Assembly (NCBI GenBank): GCA_002269645.1
Contig: NIVC01000168.1
Coordinates: 413,297-477,296, forward strand
DNA: 64,000 bases
From: Macrostomum lignano
Taxonomy: Eukaryota
Direction of reading: 5' to 3'
Shown here piece by piece: positions 1 through 13,816 of this stretch. Below the pieces are notes generated by a model. It was given only the letters and a program-made list of their open reading frames with translations, did not search any database and was not told the DNA's origin. A program made the translations under genes and the position numbers. Position 1 is the stretch's first letter, and every line of letters starts with the position of its first letter.

Positions 1-3000
1 GTAACTGGTCTCTAGTGCCGTTTCAAACGGTTTGTTGCACAAGTCTAGTGATTTTGACAAGTGCTAAGTAACTGGTCTCTAGTGCCGTTTCAAACGGTTT
101 GTTGCACAAGTCTAGTGATTTTGACAAGTGCCTAGTAACTGGTCTCTAGTGCCGTTTCAAACGGTTTGTTGCACAAGTCTAGTGATTTTGACAAGTGCCT
201 AGTAACTGGTCTCTAGTGCCGTTTCAAACGTTTGTTGCACAAGTCTAGTGATTTTGACAAGTGCCTAGTAACTGGTCTCTAGTGCCGTTTCAAACGGTTT
301 GTTGCACAAGTCTAGTGATTTTGACAAGTGCTAAGTAACTGGTCTCTAGTGCCGTTTCAAACGGTTTGTTGCACAAGTCTAGTGATTTTGACAAGTGCCT
401 AGTAACTGTCTCTAGTGCCGTTTCAAACGGTTTGTTGCACAAGTCTAGTGATTTGACAAGTGCCTAGTAACTGGTCTCTAGTGCCGTTTCAAACGGTTTG
501 TTGCACAAGTCTAGTGATTTTGACAAGTGCCTAGTAACTGGTCTCTAGTGCCGTTTCAAACGGTTTGTTGCACAAGTCTAGTGATTTTGACAAGTGCCTA
601 GTAACTGGTCTCTAGTGCCGTTTCAAACGGTTTGTTGCACAAGTCTAGTGATTTTGACAAGTGCCTAGTAACTGGTCTCTAGTGCCGTTTCAAACGGTTT
701 GTTGCACAAGTCTAGTGATTTTGACAAGTGCCTAGTAACTGGTCTCTAGTGCCGTTTCAAACGGTTTGTTGCACAAGTCTAGTGATTTTGACAAGTGCTA
801 AGTAACTGGTCTCTAGTGCCGTTTCAAACGGTTTGTTGCACAAGTCTAGTGATTTTGACAAGTGCCTAGTAACTGGTCTCTAGTGCCGTTTCAAACGGTT
901 TGTTGCACAAGTCTAGTGATTTTGACAAGTGCCTAGTAACTGGTCTCTAGTGCCGTTTCAAACGGTTTGTTGCACAAGTCTAGTGATTTTGACAAGTGCC
1001 TAGTAACTGGTCTCTAGTGCCGTTTCAAACGGTTTGTTGCACAAGTCTAGTGATTTTGACAAGTGCCTAGTAACTGGTCTCTAGTGCCGTTTCAAACGGT
1101 TTGTTGCACAAGTCTAGTGATTTTGACAAGTGCCTAGTAAGCTGGTCTCTAGTGCCGTTTCAAACGGTTTGTTGCACAAGTCTAGTGATTTTGACAAGTG
1201 CCTAGTAACTGGTCTCTAGTGCCGTTTCAAACGGTTTGTTGCACAAGTCTAGTGATTTTGACAAGTGCCTAGTAACTGGTCTCTAGTGCCGTTTCAAACG
1301 GTTTGTTGCACAAGTCTAGTGATTTTGACAAGTGCCTAGTAACTGGTCTCTAGTGCCGTTTCAAACGGTTTGTTGCACAAGTCTAGTGATTTTGACAAGT
1401 GCCTAGTAACTGGTCTCTAGTGCCGTTTCAAACGGTTTGTTGCACAAGTCTAGTGATTTTGACAAGTGCCTAGTAACTGGTCTCTAGTGCCGTTTCAAAC
1501 GGTTTGTTGCACAAGTCTAGTGATTTTGACAAGTGCCTAGTAACTGGTCTCTAGTGCCGTTTCAAACGGTTTGTTGCACAAGTCTAGTGATTTTGACAAG
1601 TGCCTAGTAACTGGTCTCTAGTGCCGTTTCAAACGGTTTGTTGCACAAGTCTAGTGATTTTGACAAGTGCCTAGTAACTGGTCTCTAGTGCCGTTTCAAA
1701 CGGTTTGTTGCACAAGTCTAGTGATTTTGACAAGTGCCTAGTAACTGGTCTCTAGTGCCGTTTCAAACGGTTTGTTGCACAAGTCTAGTGATTTTGACAA
1801 GTGCCTAGTAACTGGTCTCTAGTGCCGTTTCAAACGGTTTGTTGCACAAGTCTAGTGATTTTGACAAGTGCCTAGTAACTGGTCTCTAGTGCCGTTTCAA
1901 ACGGTTTGTTGCACAAGTCTAGTGATTTTGACAAGTGCTAAGTAACTGGTCTCTAGTGCCGTTTCAAACGGTTTGTTGCACAAGTCTAGTGATTTTGACA
2001 AGTGCCTAGTAACTGGTCTCTAGTGCCGTTTCAAACGGTTTGTTGCACAAGTCTAGTGATTTTGACAAGTGCCTAGTAACTGGTCTCTAGTGCCGTTTCA
2101 AACGGTTTGTTGCACAAGTCTAGTGATTTTGACAAGTGCCTAGTAACTGGTCTCTAGTGCCGTTTCAAACGGTTTGTTGCACAAGTCTAGTGATTTTGAC
2201 AAGTGCCTAGTAACTGGTCTCTAGTGCCGTTTCAAACGGTTTGTTGCACAAGTCTAGTGATTTTGACAAGTGCCTAGTAACTGGTCTCTAGTGCCGTTTC
2301 AAACGGTTTGTTGCACAAGTCTAGTGATTTTGACAAGTGCCTAGTAACTGGTCTCTAGTGCCGTTTCAAACGGTTTGTTGCACAAGTCTAGTGATTTTGA
2401 CAAGTGCCTAGTAACTGGTCTCTAGTGCCGTTTCAAACGGTTTGTTGCACAAGTCTAGTGATTTTGACAAGTGCCTAGTAACTGGTCTCTAGTGCCGTTT
2501 CAAACGGTTTGTTGCACAAGTCTAGTGATTTTGACAAGTGCCTAGTAACTGGTCTCTAGTGCCGTTTCAAACGGTTTGTTGCACAAGTCTAGTGATTTTG
2601 ACAAGTGCCTAGTAACTGGTCTCTAGTGCCGTTTCAAACGGTTTGTTGCACAAGTCTAGTGATTTTGACAAGTGCCTAGTAACTGGTCTCTAGTGCCGTT
2701 TCAAACGGTTTGTTGCACAAGTCTAGTGATTTTGACAAGTGCCTAGTAACTGGTCTCTAGTGCCGTTTCAAACGGTTTGTTGCACAAGTCTAGTGATTTT
2801 GACAAGTGCCTAGTAACTGGTCTCTAGTGCCGTTTCAAACGGTTTGTTGCACAAGTCTAGTGATTTTGACAAGTGCCTAGTAACTGGTCTCTAGTGCCGT
2901 TTCAAACGGTTTGTTGCACAAGTCTAGTGATTTTGACAAGTGCCTAGTAACTGGTCTCTAGTGCCGTTTCAAACGGTTTGTTGCACAAGTCTAGTGATTT

Positions 3001-6000
3001 TGACAAGTGCCTAGTAACTGGTCTCTAGTGCCGTTTCAAACGGTTTGTTGCACAAGTCTAGTGATTTTGACAAGTGCCTAGTAACTGGTCTCTAGTGCCG
3101 TTTCAAACGGTTTGTTGCACAAGTCTAGTGATTTTGACAAGTGCCTAGTAACTGGTCTCTAGTGCCGTTTCAAACGGTTTGTTGCACAAGTCTAGTGATT
3201 TTGACAAGTGCCTAGTAACTGGTCTCTAGTGCCGTTTCAAACGGTTTGTTGCACAAGTCTAGTGATTTTGACAAGTGCCTAGTAACTGGTCTCTAGTGCC
3301 GTTTCAAACGGTTTGTTGCACAAGTCTAGTGATTTTGACAAGTGCCTAGTAACTGGTCTCTAGTGCCGTTTCAAACGGTTTGTTGCACAAGTCTAGTGAT
3401 TTTGACAAGTGCCTAGTAACTGGTCTCTAGTGCCGTTTCAAACGGTTTGTTGCACAAGTCTAGTGATTTTGACAAGTGCCTAGTAACTGGTCTCTAGTGC
3501 CGTTTCAAACGGTTTGTTGCACAAGTCTAGTGATTTTGACAAGTGCCTAGTAACTGGTCTCTAGTGCCGTTTCAAACGGTTTGTTGCACAAGTCTAGTGA
3601 TTTTGACAAGTGCCTAGTAACTGGTCTCTAGTGCCGTTTCAAACGGTTTGTTGCACAAGTCTAGTGATTTTGACAAGTGCCTAGTAACTGGTCTCTAGTG
3701 CCGTTTCAAACGGTTTGTTGCACAAGTCTAGTGATTTTGACAAGTGCCTAGTAACTGGTCTCTAGTGCCGTTTCAAACGGTTTGTTGCACAAGTCTAGTG
3801 ATTTTGACAAGTGCCTAGTAACTGGTCTCTAGTGCCGTTTCAAACGGTTTGTTGCACAAGTCTAGTGATTTTGACAAGTGCCTAGTAACTGGTCTCTAGT
3901 GCCGTTTCAAACGGTTTGTTGCACAAGTCTAGTGATTTTGACAAGTGCCTAGTAACTGGTCTCTAGTGCCGTTTCAAACGGTTTGTTGCACAAGTCTAGT
4001 GATTTTGACAAGTGCCTAGTAACTGGTCTCTAGTGCCGTTTCAAACGGTTTGTTGCACAAGTCTAGTGATTTTGACAAGTGCCTAGTAACTGGTCTCTAG
4101 TGCCGTTTCAAACGGTTTGTTGCACAAGTCTAGTGATTTTGACAAGTGCCTAGTAACTGGTCTCTAGTGCCGTTTCAAACGGTTTGTTGCACAAGTCTAG
4201 TGATTTTGACAAGTGCCTAGTAACTGGTCTCTAGTGCCGTTTCAAACGGTTTGTTGCACAAGTCTAGTGATTTTGACAAGTGCCTAGTAACTGGTCTCTA
4301 GTGCCGTTTCAAACGGTTTGTTGCACAAGTCTAGTGATTTTGACAAGTGCCTAGTAACTGGTCTCTAGTGCCGTTTCAAACGGTTTGTTGCACAAGTCTA
4401 GTGATTTTGACAAGTGCCTAGTAACTGGTCTCTAGTGCCGTTTCAAACGGTTTGTTGCACAAGTCTAGTGATTTTGACAAGTGCCTAGTAACTGGTCTCT
4501 AGTGCCGTTTCAAACGGTTTGTTGCACAAGTCTAGTGATTTTGACAAGTGCCTAGTAACTGGTCTCTAGTGCCGTTTCAAACGGTTTGTTGCACAAGTCT
4601 AGTGATTTTGACAAGTGCCTAGTAACTGGTCTCTAGTGCCGTTTCAAACGGTTTGTTGCACAAGTCTAGTGATTTTGACAAGTGCCTAGTAACTGGTCTC
4701 TAGTGCCGTTTCAAACGGTTTGTTGCACAAGTCTAGTGATTTTGACAAGTGCCTAGTAACTGGTCTCTAGTGCCGTTTCAAACGGTTTGTTGCACAAGTC
4801 TAGTGATTTTGACAAGTGCCTAGTAACTGGTCTCTAGTGCCGTTTCAAACGGTTTGTTGCACAAGTCTAGTGATTTTGACAAGTGCCTAGTAACTGGTCT
4901 CTAGTGCCGTTTCAAACGGTTTGTTGCACAAGTCTAGTGATTTTGACAAGTGCCTAGTAACTGGTCTCTAGTGCCGTTTCAAACGGTTTGTTGCACAAGT
5001 CTAGTGATTTTGACAAGTGCCTAGTAACTGGTCTCTAGTGCCGTTTCAAACGGTTTGTTGCACAAGTCTAGTGATTTTGACAAGTGCCTAGTAACTGGTC
5101 TCTAGTGCCGTTTCAAACGGTTTGTTGCACAAGTCTAGTGATTTTGACAAGTGCCTAGTAACTGGTCTCTAGTGCCGTTTCAAACGGTTTGTTGCACAAG
5201 TCTAGTGATTTTGACAAGTGCCTAGTAACTGGTCTCTAGTGCCGTTTCAAACGGTTTGTTGCACAAGTCTAGTGATTTTGACAAGTGCCTAGTAACTGGT
5301 CTCTAGTGCCGTTTCAAACGGTTTGTTGCACAAGTCTAGTGATTTTGACAAGTGCCTAGTAACTGGTCTCTAGTGCCGTTTCAAACGGTTTGTTGCACAA
5401 GTCTAGTGATTTTGACAAGTGCCTAGTAACTGGTCTCTAGTGCCGTTTCAAACGGTTTGTTGCACAAGTCTAGTGATTTTGACAAGTGCCTAGTAACTGG
5501 TCTCTAGTGCCGTTTCAAACGGTTTGTTGCACAAGTCTAGTGATTTTGACAAGTGCCTAGTAACTGGTCTCTAGTGCCGTTTCAAACGGTTTGTTGCACA
5601 AGTCTAGTGATTTTGACAAGTGCCTAGTAACTGGTCTCTAGTGCCGTTTCAAACGGTTTGTTGCACAAGTCTAGTGATTTTGACAAGTGCCTAGTAACTG
5701 GTCTCTAGTGCCGTTTCAAACGGTTTGTTGCACAAGTCTAGTGATTTTGACAAGTGCCTAGTAACTGGTCTCTAGTGCCGTTTCAAACGGTTTGTTGCAC
5801 AAGTCTAGTGATTTTGACAAGTGCCTAGTAACTGGTCTCTAGTGCCGTTTCAAACGGTTTGTTGCACAAGTCTAGTGATTTTGACAAGTGCCTAGTAACT
5901 GGTCTCTAGTGCCGTTTCAAACGGTTTGTTGCACAAGTCTAGTGATTTTGACAAGTGCCTAGTAACTGGTCTCTAGTGCCGTTTCAAACGGTTTGTTGCA

Positions 6001-9000
6001 CAAGTCTAGTGATTTTGACAAGTGCCTAGTAACTGGTCTCTAGTGCCGTTTCAAACGGTTTGTTGCACAAGTCTAGTGATTTTGACAAGTGCCTAGTAAC
6101 TGGTCTCTAGTGCCGTTTCAAACGGTTTGTTGCACAAGTCTAGTGATTTTGACAAGTGCCTAGTAACTGGTCTCTAGTGCCGTTTCAAACGGTTTGTTGC
6201 ACAAGTCTAGTGATTTTGACAAGTGCCTAGTAACTGGTCTCTAGTGCCGTTTCAAACGGTTTGTTGCACAAGTCTAGTGATTTTGACAAGTGCCTAGTAA
6301 CTGGTCTCTAGTGCCGTTTCAAACGGTTTGTTGCACAAGTCTAGTGATTTTGACAAGTGCCTAGTAACTGGTCTCTAGTGCCGTTTCAAACGGTTTGTTG
6401 CACAAGTCTAGTGATTTTGACAAGTGCCTAGTAACTGGTCTCTAGTGCCGTTTCAAACGGTTTGTTGCACAAGTCTAGTGATTTTGACAAGTGCCTAGTA
6501 ACTGGTCTCTAGTGCCGTTTCAAACGGTTTGTTGCACAAGTCTAGTGATTTTGACAAGTGCCTAGTAACTGGTCTCTAGTGCCGTTTCAAACGGTTTGTT
6601 GCACAAGTCTAGTGATTTTGACAAGTGCCTAGTAACTGGTCTCTAGTGCCGTTTCAAACGGTTTGTTGCACAAGTCTAGTGATTTTGACAAGTGCCTAGT
6701 AACTGGTCTCTAGTGCCGTTTCAAACGGTTTGTTGCACAAGTCTAGTGATTTTGACAAGTGCCTAGTAACTGGTCTCTAGTGCCGTTTCAAACGGTTTGT
6801 TGCACAAGTCTAGTGATTTTGACAAGTGCCTAGTAACTGGTCTCTAGTGCCGTTTCAAACGGTTTGTTGCACAAGTCTAGTGATTTTGACAAGTGCCTAG
6901 TAACTGGTCTCTAGTGCCGTTTCAAACGGTTTGTTGCACAAGTCTAGTGATTTTGACAAGTGCCTAGTAACTGGTCTCTAGTGCCGTTTCAAACGGTTTG
7001 TTGCACAAGTCTAGTGATTTTGACAAGTGCCTAGTAACTGGTCTCTAGTGCCGTTTCAAACGGTTTGTTGCACAAGTCTAGTGATTTTGACAAGTGCCTA
7101 GTAACTGGTCTCTAGTGCCGTTTCAAACGGTTTGTTGCACAAGTCTAGTGATTTTGACAAGTGCCTAGTAACTGGTCTCTAGTGCCGTTTCAAACGGTTT
7201 GTTGCACAAGTCTAGTGATTTTGACAAGTGCCTAGTAACTGGTCTCTAGTGCCGTTTCAAACGGTTTGTTGCACAAGTCTAGTGATTTTGACAAGTGCCT
7301 AGTAACTGGTCTCTAGTGCCGTTTCAAACGGTTTGTTGCACAAGTCTAGTGATTTTGACAAGTGCCTAGTAACTGGTCTCTAGTGCCGTTTCAAACGGTT
7401 TGTTGCACAAGTCTAGTGATTTTGACAAGTGCCTAGTAACTGGTCTCTAGTGCCGTTTCAAACGGTTTGTTGCACAAGTCTAGTGATTTTGACAAGTGCC
7501 TAGTAACTGGTCTCTAGTGCCGTTTCAAACGGTTTGTTGCACAAGTCTAGTGATTTTGACAAGTGCCTAGTAACTGGTCTCTAGTGCCGTTTCAAACGGT
7601 TTGTTGCACAAGTCTAGTGATTTTGACAAGTGCCTAGTAACTGGTCTCTAGTGCCGTTTCAAACGGTTTGTTGCACAAGTCTAGTGATTTTGACAAGTGC
7701 CTAGTAACTGGTCTCTAGTGCCGTTTCAAACGGTTTGTTGCACAAGTCTAGTGATTTTGACAAGTGCCTAGTAACTGGTCTCTAGTGCCGTTTCAAACGG
7801 TTTGTTGCACAAGTCTAGTGATTTTGACAAGTGCCTAGTAACTGGTCTCTAGTGCCGTTTCAAACGGTTTGTTGCACAAGTCTAGTGATTTTGACAAGTG
7901 CCTAGTAACTGGTCTCTAGTGCCGTTTCAAACGGTTTGTTGCACAAGTCTAGTGATTTTGACAAGTGCCTAGTAACTGGTCTCTAGTGCCGTTTCAAACG
8001 GTTTGTTGCACAAGTCTAGTGATTTTGACAAGTGCCTAGTAACTGGTCTCTAGTGCCGTTTCAAACGGTTTGTTGCACAAGTCTAGTGATTTTGACAAGT
8101 GCCTAGTAACTGGTCTCTAGTGCCGTTTCAAACGGTTTGTTGCACAAGTCTAGTGATTTTGACAAGTGCCTAGTAACTGGTCTCTAGTGCCGTTTCAAAC
8201 GGTTTGTTGCACAAGTCTAGTGATTTTGACAAGTGCCTAGTAACTGGTCTCTAGTGCCGTTTCAAACGGTTTGTTGCACAAGTCTAGTGATTTTGACAAG
8301 TGCCTAGTAACTGGTCTCTAGTGCCGTTTCAAACGGTTTGTTGCACAAGTCTAGTGATTTTGACAAGTGCCTAGTAACTGGTCTCTAGTGCCGTTTCAAA
8401 CGGTTTGTTGCACAAGTCTAGTGATTTTGACAAGTGCCTAGTAACTGGTCTCTAGTGCCGTTTCAAACGGTTTGTTGCACAAGTCTAGTGATTTTGACAA
8501 GTGCCTAGTAACTGGTCTCTAGTGCCGTTTCAAACGGTTTGTTGCACAAGTCTAGTGATTTTGACAAGTGCCTAGTAACTGGTCTCTAGTGCCGTTTCAA
8601 ACGGTTTGTTGCACAAGTCTAGTGATTTTGACAAGTGCCTAGTAACTGGTCTCTAGTGCCGTTTCAAACGGTTTGTTGCACAAGTCTAGTGATTTTGACA
8701 AGTGCTAAGTAACTGGTCTCTAGTGCCGTTTCAAACGGTTTGTTGCACAAGTCTAGTGATTTTGACAAGTGCCTAGTAACTGGTCTCTAGTGCCGTTTCA
8801 AACGGTTTGTTGCACAAGTCTAGTGATTTTGACAAGTGCCTAGTAACTGGTCTCTAGTGCCGTTTCAAACGGTTTGTTGCACAAGTCTAGTGATTTTGAC
8901 AAGTGCCTAGTAACTGGTCTCTAGTGCCGTTTCAAACGGTTTGTTGCACAAGTCTAGTGATTTTGACAAGTGCCTAGTAACTGGTCTCTAGTGCCGTTTC

Positions 9001-12000
9001 AAACGGTTTGTTGCACAAGTCTAGTGATTTTGACAAGTGCCTAGTAACTGGTCTCTAGTGCCGTTTCAAACGGTTTGTTGCACAAGTCTAGTGATTTTGA
9101 CAAGTGCCTAGTAACTGGTCTCTAGTGCCGTTTCAAACGGTTTGTTGCACAAGTCTAGTGATTTTGACAAGTGCCTAGTAACTGGTCTCTAGTGCCGTTT
9201 CAAACGGTTTGTTGCACAAGTCTAGTGATTTTGACAAGTGCCTAGTAACTGGTCTCTAGTGCCGTTTCAAACGGTTTGTTGCACAAGTCTAGTGATTTTG
9301 ACAAGTGCCTAGTAACTGGTCTCTAGTGCCGTTTCAAACGGTTTGTTGCACAAGTCTAGTGATTTTGACAAGTGCCTAGTAACTGGTCTCTAGTGCCGTT
9401 TCAAACGGTTTGTTGCACAAGTCTAGTGATTTTGACAAGTGCCTAGTAACTGGTCTCTAGTGCCGTTTCAAACGGTTTGTTGCACAAGTCTAGTGATTTT
9501 GACAAGTGCCTAGTAACTGGTCTCTAGTGCCGTTTCAAACGGTTTGTTGCACAAGTCTAGTGATTTTGACAAGTGCCTAGTAACTGGTCTCTAGTGCCGT
9601 TTCAAACGGTTTGTTGCACAAGTCTAGTGATTTTGACAAGTGCCTAGTAACTGGTCTCTAGTGCCGTTTCAAACGGTTTGTTGCACAAGTCTAGTGATTT
9701 TGACAAGTGCCTAGTAACTGGTCTCTAGTGCCGTTTCAAACGGTTTGTTGCACAAGTCTAGTGATTTTGACAAGTGCCTAGTAACTGGTCTCTAGTGCCG
9801 TTTCAAACGGTTTGTTGCACAAGTCTAGTGATTTTGACAAGTGCCTAGTAACTGGTCTCTAGTGCCGTTTCAAACGGTTTGTTGCACAAGTCTAGTGATT
9901 TTGACAAGTGCCTAGTAACTGGTCTCTAGTGCCGTTTCAAACGGTTTGTTGCACAAGTCTAGTGATTTTGACAAGTGCCTAGTAACTGGTCTCTAGTGCC
10001 GTTTCAAACGGTTTGTTGCACAAGTCTAGTGATTTTGACAAGTGCCTAGTAACTGGTCTCTAGTGCCGTTTCAAACGGTTTGTTGCACAAGTCTAGTGAT
10101 TTTGACAAGTGCCTAGTAACTGGTCTCTAGTGCCGTTTCAAACGGTTTGTTGCACAAGTCTAGTGATTTTGACAAGTGCCTAGTAACTGGTCTCTAGTGC
10201 CGTTTCAAACGGTTTGTTGCACAAGTCTAGTGATTTTGACAAGTGCCTAGTAACTGGTCTCTAGTGCCGTTTCAAACGGTTTGTTGCACAAGTCTAGTGA
10301 TTTTGACAAGTGCCTAGTAACTGGTCTCTAGTGCCGTTTCAAACGGTTTGTTGCACAAGTCTAGTGATTTTGACAAGTGCCTAGTAACTGGTCTCTAGTG
10401 CCGTTTCAAACGGTTTGTTGCACAAGTCTAGTGATTTTGACAAGTGCCTAGTAACTGGTCTCTAGTGCCGTTTCAAACGGTTTGTTGCACAAGTCTAGTG
10501 ATTTTGACAAGTGCCTAGTAACTGGTCTCTAGTGCCGTTTCAAACGGTTTGTTGCACAAGTCTAGTGATTTTGACAAGTGCCTAGTAACTGGTCTCTAGT
10601 GCCGTTTCAAACGGTTTGTTGCACAAGTCTAGTGATTTTGACAAGTGCTAAGTAACTGGTCTCTAGTGCCGTTTCAAACGGTTTGTTGCACAAGTCTAGT
10701 GATTTTGACAAGTGCCTAGTAACTGGTCTCTAGTGCCGTTTCAAACGGTTTGTTGCACAAGTCTAGTGATTTTGACAAGTGCCTAGTAACTGGTCTCTAG
10801 TGCCGTTTCAAACGGTTTGTTGCACAAGTCTAGTGATTTTGACAAGTGCCTAGTAACTGGTCTCTAGTGCCGTTTCAAACGGTTTGTTGCACAAGTCTAG
10901 TGATTTTGACAAGTGCCTAGTAACTGGTCTCTAGTGCCGTTTCAAACGGTTTGTTGCACAAGTCTAGTGATTTTGACAAGTGCCTAGTAACTGGTCTCTA
11001 GTGCCGTTTCAAACGGTTTGTTGCACAAGTCTAGTGATTTTGACAAGTGCCTAGTAACTGGTCTCTAGTGCCGTTTCAAACGGTTTGTTGCACAAGTCTA
11101 GTGATTTTGACAAGTGCCTAGTAACTGGTCTCTAGTGCCGTTTCAAACGGTTTGTTGCACAAGTCTAGTGATTTTGACAAGTGCCTAGTAACTGGTCTCT
11201 AGTGCCGTTTCAAACGGTTTGTTGCACAAGTCTAGTGATTTTGACAAGTGCCTAGTAACTGGTCTCTAGTGCCGTTTCAAACGGTTTGTTGCACAAGTCT
11301 AGTGATTTTGACAAGTGCCTAGTAACTGGTCTCTAGTGCCGTTTCAAACGGTTTGTTGCACAAGTCTAGTGATTTTGACAAGTGCCTAGTAACTGGTCTC
11401 TAGTGCCGTTTCAAACGGTTTGTTGCACAAGTCTAGTGATTTTGACAAGTGCCTAGTAACTGGTCTCTAGTGCCGTTTCAAACGGTTTGTTGCACAAGTC
11501 TAGTGATTTTGACAAGTGCCTAGTAACTGGTCTCTAGTGCCGTTTCAAACGGTTTGTTGCACAAGTCTAGTGATTTTGACAAGTGCCTAGTAACTGGTCT
11601 CTAGTGCCGTTTCAAACGGTTTGTTGCACAAGTCTAGTGATTTTGACAAGTGCCTAGTAACTGGTCTCTAGTGCCGTTTCAAACGGTTTGTTGCACAAGT
11701 CTAGTGATTTTGACAAGTGCCTAGTAACTGGTCTCTAGTGCCGTTTCAAACGGTTTGTTGCACAAGTCTAGTGATTTTGACAAGTGCCTAGTAACTGGTC
11801 TCTAGTGCCGTTTCAAACGGTTTGTTGCACAAGTCTAGTGATTTTGACAAGTGCCTAGTAACTGGTCTCTAGTGCCGTTTCAAACGGTTTGTTGCACAAG
11901 TCTAGTGATTTTGACAAGTGCTAAGTAACTGGTCTCTAGTGCCGTTTCAAACGGTTTGTTGCACAAGTCTAGTGATTTTGACAAGTGCCTAGTAACTGGT

Positions 12001-12056
12001 CTCTAGTGCCGTTTCAAACGGTTTGTTGCACAAGTCTAGTGATTTTGACAAGTGCC
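1..12056. repeat. 67-bp tandem satellite, about 180 near-identical copies, running off the left edge of the window
   Basis: Unit GTAACTGGTCTCTAGTGCCGTTTCAAACGGTTTGTTGCACAAGTCTAGTGATTTTGACAAGTGCCTA. Phase recurs exactly at 1741, 5761 and 9781 (4020 = 60 x 67). A rare GTGCTAAGT variant occurs, and the few indels are confined to the first ~1.2 kb. Confidence 0.99.
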
Positions 12057-13294
12057 AAGGCTAGTCGCAAGTGACAAGTTTACAAATTATTATTGTCTCA
12101 ACTCCGTGGCATGACATCACTACTGACTTGACTTGGTCCCCAATAAGTTCTAGAATGAGACGTCCGATGAGGATTCTGACTGAGTAGCTATACCCTATAC
12201 CAGGTTATTATAAGCTGTTTGGATTCATTAATACATGTATCGTGGATTGTACCCTTTTGGCAACAATTCAAGCCGGTTTTCTGGCTGTTTTAGATTGCTG
12301 CCGGAAAATTAATGGATGCATTTGGCTATAGAAAAACCAAAACATGACAAGACAACGGAGTGACGACAGGAACTCTGTTGCAACGCTTGAATGATTCTCC
12401 GGTAACGATGTTCACCCGGCGATTTAAATCCAGGTGCCGCTGAATGGCCGCACGAAAACAGACGAGAGACTTCGGCGCGTAGTATGTGCCATCCTGCTTT
12501 CGAAGAGACGAATAGAAAAGCCTCAGATAATCGTTCAGTAATTTTGATCAATACACGCTCAAACTCGTGGCGGAGCCTCTTGGCATTGAGGAACTGGTGG
12601 AACCTTGCCGAGTGAACTTTTCGTTGAGTTTCGGTCCATTTCGGCAGAGATTCATTCTCAATCCGGTCCAGCATTTGCAGATCTTCGCTAGTTGACGACG
12701 CATTCAAATTGTTAATCTCCAGAACAAAGGAAGAATTAATTTATGACACTTAAAATAGTCGTCTCCACTGTCCTTTCCAATTGCCACAGATTGACTGGTT
12801 GTTTTCTGCTCTTGCTCTCAAAGAGCCATAGACAGCAACCAATCCCGTTAGTCTCCCACAGCGGCTCTGCTGCCATAGATCTAGAAGTTGAAAACTCCTT
12901 CCAGATCAATTATTTCAACCCCTCTCCCTCCCATGAGTGCTGTCAAAAATCGAAATTGAAACATCAGTAGGAAGTATAGTGTGATTGGGGCGAAAATATT
13001 AGTGTAAAAATTAAAGTTGCTTGCATTATAACTCTCAAACACATACACAGCTGTCTATGGTCATATGGTCTCTATGGAGTTGCCAGTCTGCTAAAAATAG
13101 CTACCAACCAAGCAAGCAAGGACCAATGACTAATTAACAACTCAGGACGTTTACACTCAATCAATTGTTGTTAAGTAGTCCTTGGCAAGGACTGGTGTGA
13201 GAGCTTTAAATAGACAAACTCAAAAGTTTTAACCATAGCTAAAAAAGGATAATATATGGTATAAATGGGGAATATAAATGGGGAAAGCTAACTG

Positions 13295-13816
13295 GGGCCA
13301 ATTTCACAAAGAAACTACAAGTGACAAGTGACAAGTCGACAAATGACAAGTGACAAGTGACAAGTGTCAACGATTTTGGTTTCATAAACATGGGTCCTTG
13401 CTCGTGTTAAAAATACCTCAATTTTACGTCTATGGTTGAGATACCATATGAAATCGATCCAGCCTTTAGACCACAGACCACAATTTTAGGATCTGAGTTT
13501 TAGACAGACTTGCTTTCAAGACGGCCTCTGCGTTCTTTTCCGGCTTGAATACACAGCTTTAATAAAGCTACAAGTGTCACAGCGACTTGTCAAAAACATA
13601 AGACAAGAGGAAGTATTTTCTCACAGAAGCATCCAGCTTAGTGCATGTCTATGGACGAAACCCCCGAAGGAGCGCTTGTAATTTATCAAATTTCGCTTGT
13701 CACTTGTAACTTTTCGATTTGTCAAGTTGTAGCTTGTTTTTATGAAACGCATTATTTTGAGGAATTGTCACTTGTCACTTGTAATTTGTCCGACAAGTGC
13801 TTTATGAAATAGGCCC
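13295..13816. mobile_element. Non-autonomous PIF/Harbinger-like MITE (522 bp)
   Basis: TIRs GGGCCAATTTCACAAAG and revcomp GGGCCTATTTCATAAAG. 3-bp CTG target duplication at 13292-13294 and 13817-13819. Subterminal TGACAAG repeats are inverted at the two ends. Confidence 0.7.

Noticed and set aside
1-12056. CRISPR array (palindromic repeat)
   Set aside because: Units abut with no unique spacers, there are no cas genes, and the context is a eukaryotic intron-containing genome.
1-12056. Telomeric repeat
   Set aside because: No TTAGGG-type short repeat; the unit is 67 bp.
12309-12707. 132-aa minus-strand ORF as a gene or Harbinger Myb-like protein
   Set aside because: It starts at TTG, has no motif I recognise and no supported splice partners; a homology search would be needed.
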